NCBI RefSeq assembly: GCF_009914755.1 | Contig: NC_060930.1 | Reading direction: 5' to 3' (one strand) | Origin: the human T2T-CHM13v2.0 reference genome, Homo sapiens | Length of the DNA: 64,000 bases | Part shown: positions 18,188 through 36,269 of the stretch, piece by piece | Layout: each line of letters begins with the position of its first letter | Numbering within the stretch: the first letter of the stretch is position 1 | The notes under the pieces: model-generated | Seen by the model: only the letters and a program-made list of their open reading frames with translations | The model's database searches: none | What the model was told of the DNA's origin: nothing | Made by a program: the position numbers and the translations under genes

Positions 18188-20772
18188 AGGGATGTGGAAT
18201 GCATGTCGGTAGTGTAAATTAACCCAAATAACCAACATAAAGTGAGGGGTTAAGGGGGAGAAACCCACATCCACCCCACAAACATAAGATCTGCAATCAC
18301 AAGGGGGCCATTCAGCAACCTTCAGAAACTTAATAATATCCCCATAAATGAGGGTGCAGAGTAGGTAAAGCACTGTCATCTCCTCCAGAAATCATTTCTG
18401 ATCACCTCTACCAGTCTGGGTTAAACACCCCTCTTCTGCATTCCCATATCAACCTGGGCTTCCCACCACCTTGCACATCACAAAGTGAATTTTAACTGTC
18501 TGCCTACTTGTCTGTCTGCCCTACTAGACTGAAAGTGCCCAAGCAATAGGATTTGTTTCTTCATTGCTGTATCCCTGGCATCTAGCACAGAAGCTGGCAT
18601 ATAATAGGCACTCAATAAATGTTTGATGAATGAATGAATGAATGAATGAATGGACAAATTCTCGAGTCCCACTCATCAGGCATCACTAGGGGAGGCAGCC
18701 ACATGGAGCTTATCTAGAGAGCTCCAAGCTCTGGACAAATGAAACTCTCAAATCCTATCAGAGCTCACAGTCGCAGCAACCATTGTCTTGCACCATGCTT
18801 GTAGAGAGGAAGAGACCAAGGACCAAATGATCATTGTCATCACGTAGGAGGCTTCTTTAACTCTGCCAGCGCCCAGCAGTTAACAGTTCAGAGCCTAACA
18901 CAATACTCAGCACAACGTCATAGGTACTCAATGAATATTCATTGAAAGAATGAATGAATCAGTCACTTTAGCACTTCCTTTCCCTTCCAAGGTAATCCTT
19001 TGAAAAATTAATGGAACTTCTTAACTACTTCTTGCATGAAACTTCAGACCTCACTCAAGGACGGGGAAGCATTTCAGTTCTGATTAGAGGTCTGACACCA
19101 AGGCACACTAATGCCATGTCAATGGGTCTGACATGTGCGACTTAGAAGATTTTGCAAGCTGGCATGAATCATGATCACTTCTTTGCATGAGAGCAGGGAT
19201 TGTTCCACCCCCAACACACTCCACCACCACATGCCACCATCACCCCAATCCTGTCTCTACTCCAGTGGCTCTCAACCTTGGCCACACATTAGCATCACCT
19301 GAAAAGTTTTATAAAATCTTTGGACCATGCCCTGGAACAATTAAAACAGAATTTCTGGAGGTAGGACCCAGGCATTTTTTAAAGCTCCCTAGGTGATTCC
19401 AAAGAGCAGCCAAGCTTGGGAAGTACTGCTGTCTTGACAGTCAATCAAACTGCCTCTTCAGTTCACAGTTGGCTGAGCCCTCTCCGCCCTTGCACATGGT
19501 TTGGCTGCTGGCTGGGTCCGTCCATCTGTTTGGCGGTGGCAGCAGTCACTGCTGCTTCTGTTTTCTCATCGTTCTTATCTCTGCATATTCATATGCAATA
19601 TTTTTACCCTAATTTAGAGGATTGGAATAAGACTTTTGTAAGATTTTAGAACTCATGGCAGCACAACAAATGCACCTACATTTCCTTATAAGTGCACATG
19701 TGTTCGTGTGTATATATAGATGTCGTCTACCCAGAGTTTCACTTTGCTTTAGTTATTTCTTCATGCTCAGAAAATTGTATGAGCAGACTTCAGTTTCAAG
19801 AGGAGGTACTAGTTTAGGTTTGTGATGAATCTTTTACACCCTCTAGTGGTACTGCTGGGGCATATCAGTTTTGTGCAATGGGTTTATTAGACTCCTAGTC
19901 TCTTCATAACCAACAGCATCAAAGGAGACTAACCTTAGAGGTCTTTTGCTCTTTGCTGCTGTATTAATCCCAGTGATGCAATCTACCCTCATGAAGAAAA
20001 GAAGCAGATGAGTATGTAACTTATTCCTCAGCCTTTTGCTGGTCCTCCAAAGGGCTCGTCATAGGTACTTAATGAATATTCATGAAAGAAAGGATGAATC
20101 AGTCACTTCAGCACTCCCTTTCTCTTCTAAGGTAATCCTTTGAAAAATTAGTAGAACTTCTTAACTACTTCTTGCATGAAACTTTAGACCTCTCTCAAAG
20201 AAGGAGAGACATAGTAAAAACAGGACATTCACTTAGCAAAAGTGTATTGAACACTTACTATGTGCCAGGCACATGTGAGTAAAAACAATCATATCATATC
20301 AAAGTGTCTTTTTCATTGTTGTTATTTTGTGTTAAAGTATGAAGATCTTAATGTTAAGACAATAGAGGAACCTTATGATTAAGAGCTCAAAGCTGGAGCC
20401 AAACTGGTTCACGTCCTAATTCCACAATTACTGGATGTTTAACATCAGGCAAGTTACTTAACCTCTCTGTGCCTCAGTTTCTTTATCTGCAAAACAGGGA
20501 TGGCAATAGTACCCTTATCATAGGATTATACTATAAAGTGCTATCTAATATTATCATTTTAATCATTAAATGTATCTTAAAGGTCCTAATTTAACTCTAG
20601 AATGATTTGCCCAGAAATTCCTTTCTAGTAGGAAATACACAAGTCATATCAAACTTCTTTTGTAAGCATGTAAGAGGCCACCAAGGTCTTCTGCTTCTTC
20701 CCCAGGCCAGTTCATGGGCTTTCATTTATTCTTGGCTTCAGGGCATTTTCTCTTAGCTCTTCTTATCTAAAC

Positions 20773-21000
20773 CAGGGGTCAGCAAACTATAGCCAGGGGA
20801 TCAAAATCTAACCCAAGGGGCTTGTTTTTATAAATAAAGTTTTATTGAAATGTAGTTACACTCATTCATTTATTTATTGTCCTATGGCTGCTCGCATGCT
20901 ACAGTGGCTGACTTGAGTAGTTTCAGCAAAGACCATACAACCCACAAAGCATAAGATATTTACTACCTGGCCCTTTATAGAAGAAGCTTTCTGGCCCTTG
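20773..21000. mobile_element. MER58A-like hAT MITE
   Basis: caggggtcagcaaacta... start and aatatttactacctggccctttatag-type end. Confidence 0.7.
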
Positions 21001-23818
21001 TCTAGACTCTGAGTCGCTCTGGGCTTGCTCCCAGCTGTGTTTAGAGAGTAAGACACAGAAGGTCTGGGCTAGCCTATGTGAGAACTAAGCATGAAACCAG
21101 GTTTCACTCTTCTACCTGCCAACAAGGACTCCCCTACTCCTCTGGTCTCCCCTCCACCCCCTCATCCTGTAGTTAAAGCCCTTAGTATATGAAATGCAAG
21201 TCTTAGAAAAAAAATTGAAGAATTGAAAGACCTTTTGAATTCGTAGTTGATACCTACTTTGGGACATTTTCCTCAATTTTCAGCACCCACATATTTTTTC
21301 CTGGTGTCTAGAATTATTGAACTCTGAGCTTCCTTGCTCCCTGCAAGTAACAAGATAATGGCCTACTCTCTCCTCTTATCAAAGGCTAATTGGGTAGCTT
21401 TTTGCTCATGATATACGTTGGGAATATATTACATATATTTGCTGGAAAATATACCCTGTAAAGCAAAACTAACAGACTCCAATGAGACTGATGTATATAT
21501 CCTACAAATGAGGTAAAGTAAGCAGACAGCCCCTAAAATTTGTGATAAAAGGGAAAACATTACAATTACTGGAGGTAGGTAACCCATATTAGCCATGGAC
21601 TGATTCCCAGAAGGGACCTTATGAGAGAATGCAGGTGGCCAGGTTGAAAGGCAGATGTTTTCCAAGTATGGGATCCCCTCTGGAAAGACAAGGACAGAGA
21701 TGAATAAATGACTAATGTGGCCTTGGATTCATTTGTGTGAGAATGTCAGAGCATACAAGGCAGAGTAGGAGGTCAGATCCATAGACAGCCTAAACATTCT
21801 CCTTAATGTTTACAAGGTTGCCTGCCTGGGATTCACTCTGTGTTGCAGCACTGTGAGTGGAATGGTAAAAATGTGAGCCTTGGCATCTGCAGTAACCTTG
21901 TTCTTACTAGTTCTGTGACCTTGAACAGGTAACTCAACCTCCTGAGCTTTACTTGACCCAAATGTCAAAGGTGGAAAATTCTTAGAGTTTTAAGTTGACA
22001 GAATGCAGGTAAAGTACTTAGCACTGCACCAGCCATCCAGCCAAGCACAACTCTTGGAGACCCACTCAACATTAAGTTGAAGAGAGCAAGATCTATGTCT
22101 TGTTCACCTTTGTATCCCCGCCATCCAGCTCTGTGTCCAGCAGATGGATAGTGGGTGCCCAGGTTAAGTTCATTGCATCATAGAGACAGAGGCAGTTCCA
22201 GGCATTCCAATGATGACCAGAGAAATAAGAAAATGCTGCAGGGGGCAAGGAGGACAATACTAAATACTCAGAGATGCTTTCTCAAACTTAGCTTGGACAC
22301 AAATTTTCCTCTCTCTACCTTCTATTTTGATCATGAAAATCGTGTACTGTCCTGAAAGAAGTGAGAGGGGATTGGGTGGAAAGAGGGAGGCTGAGATAAT
22401 TGAATAATGTAAACATGTCAAGTTATGTGACCCCACTGACCTGGCATCTTCATTCACAGAGTATGATGGCTAAAACAGGAGCCCCAGAGAGCATCCCTCA
22501 CACCTGGTCCTGCTTAGAGCAAGACAGGCACACGTGATTTTTGGAAGCACTGATAGCAATCTCCTAGGAATGAAAAACTGAGGTTGTATTCTTTTTAGAC
22601 TCTAGCCACATGTTTTCCACTGTTTTCTTGATGGTCTTATAATACTGTAAATTTCATTCAACCAATATAATTCCATCCCAACAGGCTCTTCCCTCTCTTT
22701 TCCCTGGACAGTTTTGTTTTGCTATTAGGTCTTTCTTTACTTTTGCTGCTTATCATGTTGTAGTATTACATATTTCTTGACTTCCACTGTTCTTGCCTTT
22801 CTCCTTATTTCCTCAAAATGATATGTTGTTGCTTGCAATGCTGTTGCTTTGTGTGATCCTAATTACGTTAGCAATCTAAGGAAAAAGAAAATTATGTTTT
22901 CATGATTTTCAGTAGCAGTTCTATTTAAATGACTTTTCTGAACCCCACATGGTCCTAACTATTGAATGAGTGAACATTTCTTTTACTTTAGAAAGTTTTT
23001 TTATTCATGGAGGAAACTCAGAGGCTTATGCTCTTTCTGAAATGTGCCTGAAGAACTTCAATCTATTCTAAGGCATTCTTTTTAGAAGATCTGTACAAGA
23101 GTCTGCCTTGTCACAGAACACAAACATCTTTGAACTATGGAATAGCAAATCCTCATTTATTTCTTCAGCTAGCATTTAATGAACCCCCTAATACTTGCCA
23201 GGGATTATGCAGATGCTGAAGTAAAGAGCACAGTTCCTGGCATGAATAAATTCCAGTGGGTGAGACACACTGCCACAGATTTAGCTACCTCACAGTGCAT
23301 TTGAAAGCACAGAGAAAGACCATCTACCCCAGTGAGGGTGGTTAGGAAAGATTTCCTAGAGCACTTGGTGCTTGAGCTGAATCTGGAACAATTAGCATTT
23401 TAGGTAGAGTGCAAAGAGACAGAATCCTGATGAATGAGCACTTTGGTGACAGGAAAATCCAGATGGGCTGGAGAGCAGGCAGCATGCAGAGGAATGACTA
23501 GAGATGAGTATTTGGAGAGAGAAGGGGGGAATTCTCACCATTCACTACCCTCTTCCTTCTAGAGTTGCCCGAAGTCTCCACAGTAGAGCTTCTAAACAAA
23601 TAAACCTCCCATGTTCATTAAACTCTGGGCCAAGTTTTGGGATATGAAGAGTAGAAGACATAATCCCTGCATTCAAGGTTCTCACACAGTCTGGTGGAGG
23701 AAGCTAGAATATGAGTAAATAATTACAGTGTGGTGTGTTAGGTACTAAGCTAGAGGTTAACAGAGAAGTGATTAACTGTTTTGTTGGAATCATAAAAATT
23801 TCTATGAAAGAAGTGAGC

Positions 23819-24880
23819 TTTTTTTGAGACAAGGTCCCACTCTGTTACCCAGGCTGGAGTGCAGTGGCAAGACTGTCAAGGCTCACTGTAGCCTCGACCT
23901 CCTGGGCTTAAGTGATCCTCCCACCTCAGCCTCCCAAGTAGCTGGGAGCATAGGCATGTGCCATCATGCATGGTTAATTTTTTATTCTTTGTAGAGACAG
24001 GGGTCTCACTATGTTGCCCAGGCTGGTCTCAAACTCCTAGGCTCAAGCAATCCTCCCTCCTCAGCCCCCCAAAGTGCTGTGATTACATGTGTAAGCCACC
24101 ACACCTGGCCAAAAGAAGTGACTTTAAAACAGAGTTTTGAAAACACAGCAGGATTTCAGGAAAAAGAAATAGCAAATGGAAGTAATTGAAGTATATAATT
24201 GATTGGCTAGGGTTTTTGTGGACCTACACATACTTTATTGTTGCTGGAACCTAAAGTTCCAAGGACGAAGTGGAAGGTGATGAGGCAAGAGAGATAGAGG
24301 CCAGTTTATAAACAGCCATATAGGATGTGCTTCTAGGAGTTTGATGTTTATCCTATAGGCCAGGGAAAACCAGTGAAGGACTTTAGGAGGGAGGTAATAT
24401 GCCCTTACTTGCATTTTGAAAGGTTTGTTCTTTCTAAGCCTATAGCAGTGGAGATGCAAATGAGGGGACAGCTTTGAGAGCTATTAGGACATGCCTAGTC
24501 TTCTTTTAACGAAAGTATAATGACAGGGTCATCATTCTTTATATAAATCATTGATTTCAAAAATATCTATGGGCCAAGTGCAGTGGTTCATGCCTGTAAT
24601 CCCAGCCCTTTGGAAGGCCAAGGCAGATGGATCACTTGAGCTCAGGAGTTTGAGACCAGCCTGGGCAACATAGGGAGACCCCCCCTATCTCTGCAAAAAA
24701 TATAAAAATTAACCGGTGTGGGGGTATCTCCTTGTAGGCCCAGCTACTTGGGAGGCTGAGATGGGAGGATTGGCAGATCTGGGAGGTCAAGGCTGCAATG
24801 AGCCATGATTGTGCCACTGCACTCCACCTGGCGTGACAGAGTGAGACCTTGTCTCAAAAAAAAAAAAGAGAAAAAGAAAG
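23819..24880. mobile_element. Two AluJ elements (~23819-24110 on -, ~24572-24880 on +)
   Basis: Diverged dimers with J-type features. Confidence 0.85.
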
Positions 24881-25428
24881 ACAGTCTATGCTTTTAAACA
24901 TTCCCTCCACACTTATAAACCATAGAACCTGATTTAGAACTTTCATATCTCACTTTGAATCTCTTTAATGTTTTTGTTTTCAACCCACAACACAGCCAGT
25001 TGAGAAAATCTATTTGATCTCCATCTTCAAAAACTTAATCCTTAATAAGTAAGATTTTTTTTAGCATCAGTAATGCACTGGTAAATGCTGAACAACCAGC
25101 TCTTCAGAAGGAAATCCTGATTTGTATTGTTTGCCAATTTCTGTAGTGTAAATACTCCTGTCATAGCTGTTTTCAAACTACCAATGTGACATCACTGAGC
25201 AGGAATTGAGAAGACGAGCAATATTACATTATTAGATAGAATTTCCATGGTACAGACGCAATAGATGTGAACAACTCAAGAGCCTAGAGAGTAACATACA
25301 GTAAAATAATTAGGAAATGGTGAGGTTTGAGTACATATTACCTTTATTTTTAATATAATGTACTTGATTGTAAGTCTATGTAATTTAATTTTTAGTAACA
25401 GCTGTATTTAATAACCACCAAAATTCTT

Positions 25429-25987
<559 letters not shown>

Positions 25988-27331
25988 TAATAACCACCAA
26001 AATTCTTAAAAGTAGTCAGTGCTTGGGAGTCAATGCAAGGTTGCTCCAGGCACCACTGCACATACTCCTCTTTTCTAAATAATTGAAATGATATTTATTA
26101 ATCCAATTTTCACTATTTAATTCTCATACATAAAGTAGGAAAATCTGTAAGTAAAGCACTGGAAAAAAGGCAATACCACCTGAAGAGTGGTATGATGTAT
26201 AAAAATAAATGATAAACCTATTAAGAGTTTTAAAATCTACTCTGTTTTGCATACTTATCATTATGTGAGTATATTGAAATAACATAAAAGATAATCAGTT
26301 TCATTTTTAGTATTGATCACAATTATAAACCATGGATTTTAATTTTAACTTTAGCTAGCTAGCTCATAAATAGCAAATTATGTAAGTAAAAATGAAATTA
26401 TTTAAGGTTTGCATAAACTATGACTGCGTGAGTGCTAGAGTGCAATATTATCTATCAAATGCCTTCAAAATGTACTTTCTGTTAAAACATCTCTGAAAGG
26501 AAGAGAGAAAAGCAACAAGCAACTTTTGATGAATTATCTGAAAGAGCTCACATAACATCCCACCAAGAAAAAATGGCAGATCCCCATTAGGGCAAAAAAG
26601 GCAGTTGGAAGTATGTAGGTTCACATCTGGGCAGATGCGTCCCAAACCACAAATGTGTGAGCTACAGCCAGAGAGAACACACTGACGTATGCTGTAGCTT
26701 GCGCCTCTTCTACCACCATAGGAAAGAAAGAACTGCCAAAGATCCCACTCAGACTTCTCAATTCTCCAGAATTGATGCCATGGGAAAACCAGGAGGTAAT
26801 GTGGCAGTGGAAACCAGACAGATCTGGGTGGAATCCTGATTTTGCCTAATACCAGTTGCTTGTTTTGGGGGGCAAGTTACTTAAGTTCTTTGAACCTCAG
26901 TTTCCCAAAATATAAATAGGAGAAAGGAATATCTTATCAAGTGCTATTGAAGACATACAAAGTACTTCACATAACAAGTGGTAGACAGATGTTATGAAAA
27001 CACAAACAACCACACAACAACAGCAAAACCACCTTGGGATATATGAAGATGATTTTCCTTTTTTCCTGCCCACCCAGTCATCATTAGCTACTTTGAAGAC
27101 AGCAAAGAAGGGTTCTAGGCTGTTAGATTAGCTCTTCTGGTTTTATTCTTAATATGACTCAGGTTAGAGATCTTCTCTTTATCTCTTTCTTTCCTTCCTC
27201 CTCTTATTCAACAAATATTTTTTACTGTGTCAGAAACTGTGCGAAGCTCTAAGCACACAATGTCATAGTAGAAGTGGTAACAACAATAGCTAACTTTTAT
27301 TAAGCACTGACTGTTGAACAAAAGACATCTA

Positions 27332-27733
<402 letters not shown>

Positions 27734-29171
27734 TTATTTTTCTCAGTTTTTTTGATACAGGACACTAAGACTCTATGAAACCTAAATGCTGGTAAACCAA
27801 TTTGGAACCAAAGCTCAATACTAAGAGGTTAAATTAAAACACTAATTTTCTTTACTTTCTGCTGAATAATTTTGCTTAAATGGTTTTGGGGGGAAATACA
27901 AAACCTATACTGAATAAAGAAGAGATTGGTGAAAAATATGTGGTTAGAGAAAGGGAGTAAGAATATTACAGATAAATGATTCAGGAATAATTAGGATATA
28001 ATTAATTGAAAGTTAATAATACAATTGCAAGGTAGGGTTTAGGCTTTTTAACCTATAAAACAATTTGGATTCCTTGAAATCAGCTGTCACCTAAGATAGA
28101 CAATGGATGTTTTCTTTTTCAACTTTACATTTGTTCCTAATCTTCCCACTTTCCACCAAGTGACAACAAATTTTGTCTCTTAGTGACTGATTCCCAGCCT
28201 GGAATCTACAAGTGTGATAATGGAAGTCTATGGGCCATTTAGTAGCTGAAAAACACCAACGGATTTAAATTTACCTGCAATAAGGCTACACAAACTAATT
28301 CAAATGTTATGTTTCTCTGCTTTCATCAGAAATTGCATCAAGTTATTGCAGGAACTAGTTATCTTAGGCAGATTAGCTATTGATGGCATCATGGAATTTG
28401 TTGATGAAATATCATTGTAAAAGATGGGGCCCATGTTGCAGGAGGCATTGTTATAAGAGGTCCCTGGTTCTGAAAAGCTTAGGCTCCCAAGCTTAGTTAA
28501 GAAATGTGTTATGGCAGGACCCAGTGGCTCATGCCTGTAGTCCCAGCACTTAGGGAGGCTGAGGCAGGAGGATTGCTTGAGCCCAAGAGTTAGAGCCTGG
28601 GCAACACAGTGAGACCTCATCTCAAAAAAAAAAAAAAAGTGTATTATGTTTAAAACAAAAAGAACTTGGCTAGCTAATCCAGCAGTATTCTGCAGGAATA
28701 ATTTATGGGAAAAAAAAAACACAAATTTCCATATTAATGTACATTTCTCTAGAGAGAATAGAGTGTTTTGCAAACACATTTGTATCTCAAAAATGCATGT
28801 AGTTCCATAAAAGACCATTTTAACAGCCTTTATATTTTTTAAGGGATGCTATTACTAGATGTTGTATCTTGGACTTCTGGAGATTGCATGGAAAAGTTAG
28901 AATTGCATTTTGACTTTAACTTACATTCAGGGTTTCAACGGACATTAAAAAGGCAAAACACTTAGTGTTCAGCCTCTTTTTTAGTGTGTTTTTCTATTCT
29001 TAAGGTGTTGTCTCACATGAGATGTTCTTAAATTGTCCACTGTAATCTCAGGCTTTTATATTACACATCTGCAGAAGCCAAAAATAATTTGATGCATGAC
29101 TTTTCCCCCCAGAGTTTCTTATTATATTTACTGGTAAACTATTTTGGTAACTTATATTAACAGAGTTATAA

Positions 29172-29333
<162 letters not shown>

Positions 29334-31192
29334 TAAGCAATGGAAATGTCATTCCTTGTAAAGGAATGGGCATAGAACCTATCTAGGAAGAACTTCTCTT
29401 TAGTAGAGTAAACCTCTGAACTCCATATTTTTCATTCATTTTTAGTGGGCAAATGGAATTTGCTTTAAACATTGATTTTATTTTGCTTTTAACATAGATA
29501 TAACTCAGGCATTCAAAGCATCCAACTGTCTCATTTTCCTTATCTGTAAAAATGGGAAGAAAGTTAGTTCTTGCCTTATAGGGTTGTCATGAGGATTGAA
29601 CAAGTTAATGCATGTAATTCATAACATGTAACAGGCCTGGTACTGTGTCTAATAAACATCAATGGTTGTTGCTGATGTTTGAATTATTACTGCTGCTGAT
29701 CCTAAATTATCTAAATTCCATTTATTATCTAAATTCTAATCATCCTTTGGGAATAACGTACTATTTCTCCTTCATTAAGTTTCATCCAACCATCCAACCT
29801 GTGAAGACGGGCCTTTCTCTGACCTTTATACAGTAGCAGAGTCTACTGCAGAGCACAAGAGCACTCAGAATCTCGGTGTGCTGGGCCAAAGTTGAGACTT
29901 GGCCCTTGTGTTGTTTCCTGGTTGCAAGTGTGTTCACCTTGCTCTGGACTAAGACTGAGGTCCTTCATTCATGTCCTGTACGGTTCTACAAATATACTAT
30001 CCTCCTAGTAGCATCTTATTGAGTGATTAAAAGAAATGAATTCCACATGTTAATTCCAACCACATATGGTTGATTGTGATTATCTCAAAGCCAAAATATT
30101 CAGTAAATTCAGTTTTTTAAGAGCCTTGCTTTATTACCAGCACAAATTACCAGCATTTGTGATTGTATAGTGCCCAAAATGCAAGGACTGAGACTTGAAC
30201 TTTTTTTTATGCCCCCCAGCACACTTAGCCCAGTGTGAGGCATATAATGGGCCCTTAGTAAAATACCTGTTCATCAATTGTTATAGAAATAACAATTTGT
30301 TAATTCATTTAGCAGGTAATTATTGAGCCCATCATGTGTGCCAGGACCTGTGGACATCCAGAGATTGATAAAATAATGACCCAGACCTTGTAGAGTTTGC
30401 AGTTTAGTAAATTAGATGTCATGGCAGGAAGTGAGTACTGCCTATGTTTCTCTTCAGACAAAGTAAACTGGAAAGTTGTCTATACTCTTGATAATTCAAT
30501 TCTAAACACATACAAAAAAAGAAGAAAGTGATTCTCATTTAGGCTGGTCAAGTTCTCTTGGAAATTGCTTTAATTCATTCTGTAACATCTGTAACATGAC
30601 CAGAGATTGTGGTCATATTGCAATCTCTGCCTAGATGGCCATGGCCTTCTAAGTTCTTTAATAAAACTGTCTACAGCTCCCAAGGTTTTATAAAGTTGAA
30701 CTGCTACAGAATTTATAGAACCAATCTTGGGTTTCTAGCTCATGTATCTTCTCCAACTTGAACTCCGAAAGAAAAAGACCATGGCTTTCTTATCTGCTTA
30801 TCTTTCACACATGTACAATAGATGCTCATAGAATAATCTGTTCTATTAATGTAAGATCTCTATAGTTATGATTTTTGTCATATTTTGAAATGGTTAAATT
30901 CAGGAACTGCCTGATCAGAGGTAGAAACATATTACTTTGTAGTTTAGGACACTTTTACTTCCAGAAGATCACCCATAAGTGATTTCATCTTGGACCAGAA
31001 TAATGAGAAAATTAATTTCATGTGTAATCTCATGTTCAAATAAGCATATCAACTGGAACAAGTTCTTTCTTATTTCATCTTACATAAATTGAAGATAACT
31101 GTATTTAATTTTTTTTTCCAAAACTCTTCATTCTGACCTAGGGCAATCTCCACCTTCAGCCCTCATAATCAGATCTCCTCTTTCTCTGATAG

Positions 31193-31319
31193 TGTTGATC
31201 AAATTCTTGGAAAAGGGCAAATCACATCAGATAAGAAGAGCCGAGAGAAAATAACAGCAGAACATGAGACCACAGACGATCTCAGTATGCTCGGTCGGGT
31301 GGTCAAGGTTGAAAAACAG
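31193..31319 (+). CDS. KCNQ5: KCNQ5 penultimate coding exon (127 bp; start of helix D assembly coiled coil)
   Basis: Acceptor tttctctgatag|T and donor CAG|gtacaa. Encodes [42 protein letters not shown], in frame with both neighbours. Confidence 0.97.
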
Positions 31320-31586
31320 GTACAACTCAACTACGCTGGGTATCTTTTTAGCCAGAATTTTTTTAATCAAAATTTATTATAGGCAATTGTATGTATTCCA
31401 GTGATTATTTTAAAATAAATAAAATCACAAAAAGAGTGAATAAAATTAAATTTTCTTTGTGTGTAGACAGTGCTCTCTGAAACACTCTGGATTTCCCTTT
31501 AAGGAATAGAAAATCTCATCTCATCAATTAATAGTTAATTGGAAACAACTATAGATTTCCAATAGTTGAAAATCGTTTAAAAATAA

Positions 31587-32795
<1,209 letters not shown>

Positions 32796-33080
32796 TAGTG
32801 CTTATATGACTTTTAAGAGGCACTATTTAAAGAAGTGGTGGGGGAGAGATGCTAATAAAGACTGTATAGAAGCCAAAGTGTCCCTCTCTTCCTAAGTCCT
32901 CCTCTGGCCCCATCATTGCTAAATGTTACATTCACTAAGGGTCAAGACTGCATCGTACTTTATATTCAATATTTCTTTAAATGTGTTGGCACACCTTGAC
33001 TTCATTTTTCAAAATTAAAAAATGAAGTCCATTCTTAATAACAGATTATACTCATGTGTAACCATTTTCCTCACTTCTAG

Positions 33081-34043
<963 letters not shown>

Positions 34044-36206
34044 GTTCTTCATTTTCTTTCCAGGCATAGCAGTTCTTTAGCCATACATATCATTGCATGA
34101 ACTATTTCGAAAGCCCTTCTAAAAAGTTGAAATTGCAAGAATCGGGAAGAACATGAAAGGCAGTTTATAAGCCCGTTACCTTTTAATTGCATGAAAATGC
34201 ATGTTTAGGGATGGCTAAAATTCCAAGGTGCATCGACATTAACCCACTCATTTAGTAATGTACCTTGAGTTAAAAAGCCTGAGAAACCAAACACAGCTAA
34301 TGCTATGGGGTGTATGAATATGTCAAGTTTAGGTCATTTAGAAGATTTGACACTGTATTTTGAAATTATGGGAGTAAACACCTTCAAATTTCAGGCATTT
34401 CTGCTTTGTGACTAAATACAAACTACATTTTCAAGATTAGGCCATAATGTATATTTAAACACAATGGCTATCAACAGCTGCTAATAAGGTATCAACTAAA
34501 GCAGAATTGGGGAATAATAGAAATGGCTGCTTATTTCAAGATATATTTGCCAACCCATTCCTATTCAGTCATTTTATTATTAATGTAATTTGAATGTCAA
34601 TTTGTGTGCTTTTGGTGATTTAGCGCTGTGGCAAGCAATTTTGCACATCATTTTCATGTTGTTCTTTATGACAAGAATGTTCTTCAATTAGAAAATGTGC
34701 AAATAATGAAATTCAGGGCCAGTGAGGCAAATAGACTATCTGACATATTTGACTTTATGAAAACATATTGCCTGATGGCAGAATCAACTTTATAAGTGGT
34801 CAACTTCTACACAAGCGTATGAAATACTGGTCAGTAGAACAGCCATTGTGATTGGACTGGTTTCTCTGCAATGGCGCCAACCCCAGGCTTGCCAATACTG
34901 CCTATGTAAAGGGCAAGTGTGAGAAGCTATTCTCATTTCGCTGACATACAGGTAGGACTATGGGGGATGGGACATTTGAGTGGGACTGAGATAGGAAAGG
35001 CTTGAAAAGAACCCAGAAACACCACCAGGAAGTTGGCAAAGTAAAAGAAAATGACTTCCCCCTCAAAGGGCAATGAGAGGGAGAGAAACAAACCAAAATA
35101 GAAGAACTAGACTTTTTAGAAAATGAGTATTGCTAGGGAATTCAACTACCTAATCTTCCCTTATTCTTATATATAAGCAGAGAATTTTTGCAAGGTATTT
35201 ATTTTTTAATATGCCCTGAATGTCTTTTGCTATTATGTGTACATTTTGCATATGAAAGTCTAAAACGAAACTTCCTTTACTTTTTATACTGTAGTGAAAA
35301 TTTTCTATTCTTCCCAAGAATGTTGTCCCAAATCTGAAATTACTGGTTCAATTTCCTGATATAAACATTTACAATTAGAAGCTAGATAGTACTGGCAGAG
35401 TCTGCAAATCAGAACACTTAAATATATCATGGCAGCAAAAAGACCAAGGGAAACAAAATGACAAATGTATTTATCAGAAAGCAAGCAATGCTGACTGCTT
35501 GTTAGAAACCCATCTAGCTATCTTAGGTCACCAGAACTTCAGCCAACGTAATGACATTCAAAAAAAAAGGACATAAGAGATAGCATTTCAATTCAATTAA
35601 ACCCTAGCCACAGGAGGACTCAAGAAAGGAAGTTGTTTCCTTGGCAGACATAAATGCTGCCTCCAGAAGTACTTCTCCAGCAGCCAAGCAGAATGAGCAG
35701 GGTTATCAAGTGGATGTTCAAAGGAAGAAGGAGGCCCTGAACTCCACCAATCCTCCCCAGCCCTCCCCAACAGGCTTTCTCCATCATTGACTCTCCCCTG
35801 CTTTTCTTCTTCATTAACTCCTTATTCATTCCCTGCCAGTATTTTGCTTCTGAACTTCACCAGGCCTTAACCAGCCTCCATCCCCAGGTCAACCAGTTCT
35901 CCGCTTTACCTAAAATGTGCTTCTCAACCTTTTAGAACCTTGTCCCTTTTGATAAACATGGAAATTTTTAAAGCTTCCTCTTCGCATCCCACTTGGATTC
36001 TAAGACAATTAGAATCATTTAGAATCTTTTTGGCTGCTGGAAATGTATAGAAGATAGAGGCTAAATTTTACACTTCAGTTAAGACATTGTCAATCCTTTT
36101 AAGCAATTGTTTTCATTTTCAAAATACAGAATGTTAGTAAATTATGAAAATCAATTTTTCATCTTCATTCAACCTGAAGTTGTGATTCCCCCTTGCAAGA
36201 ATGTTG

Positions 36207-36269
<63 letters not shown>

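Noticed and set aside
28300-28818. 172-aa minus-strand ORF
   Set aside because: It spans an Alu monomer and AT-rich intron sequence, with no recognisable domain.
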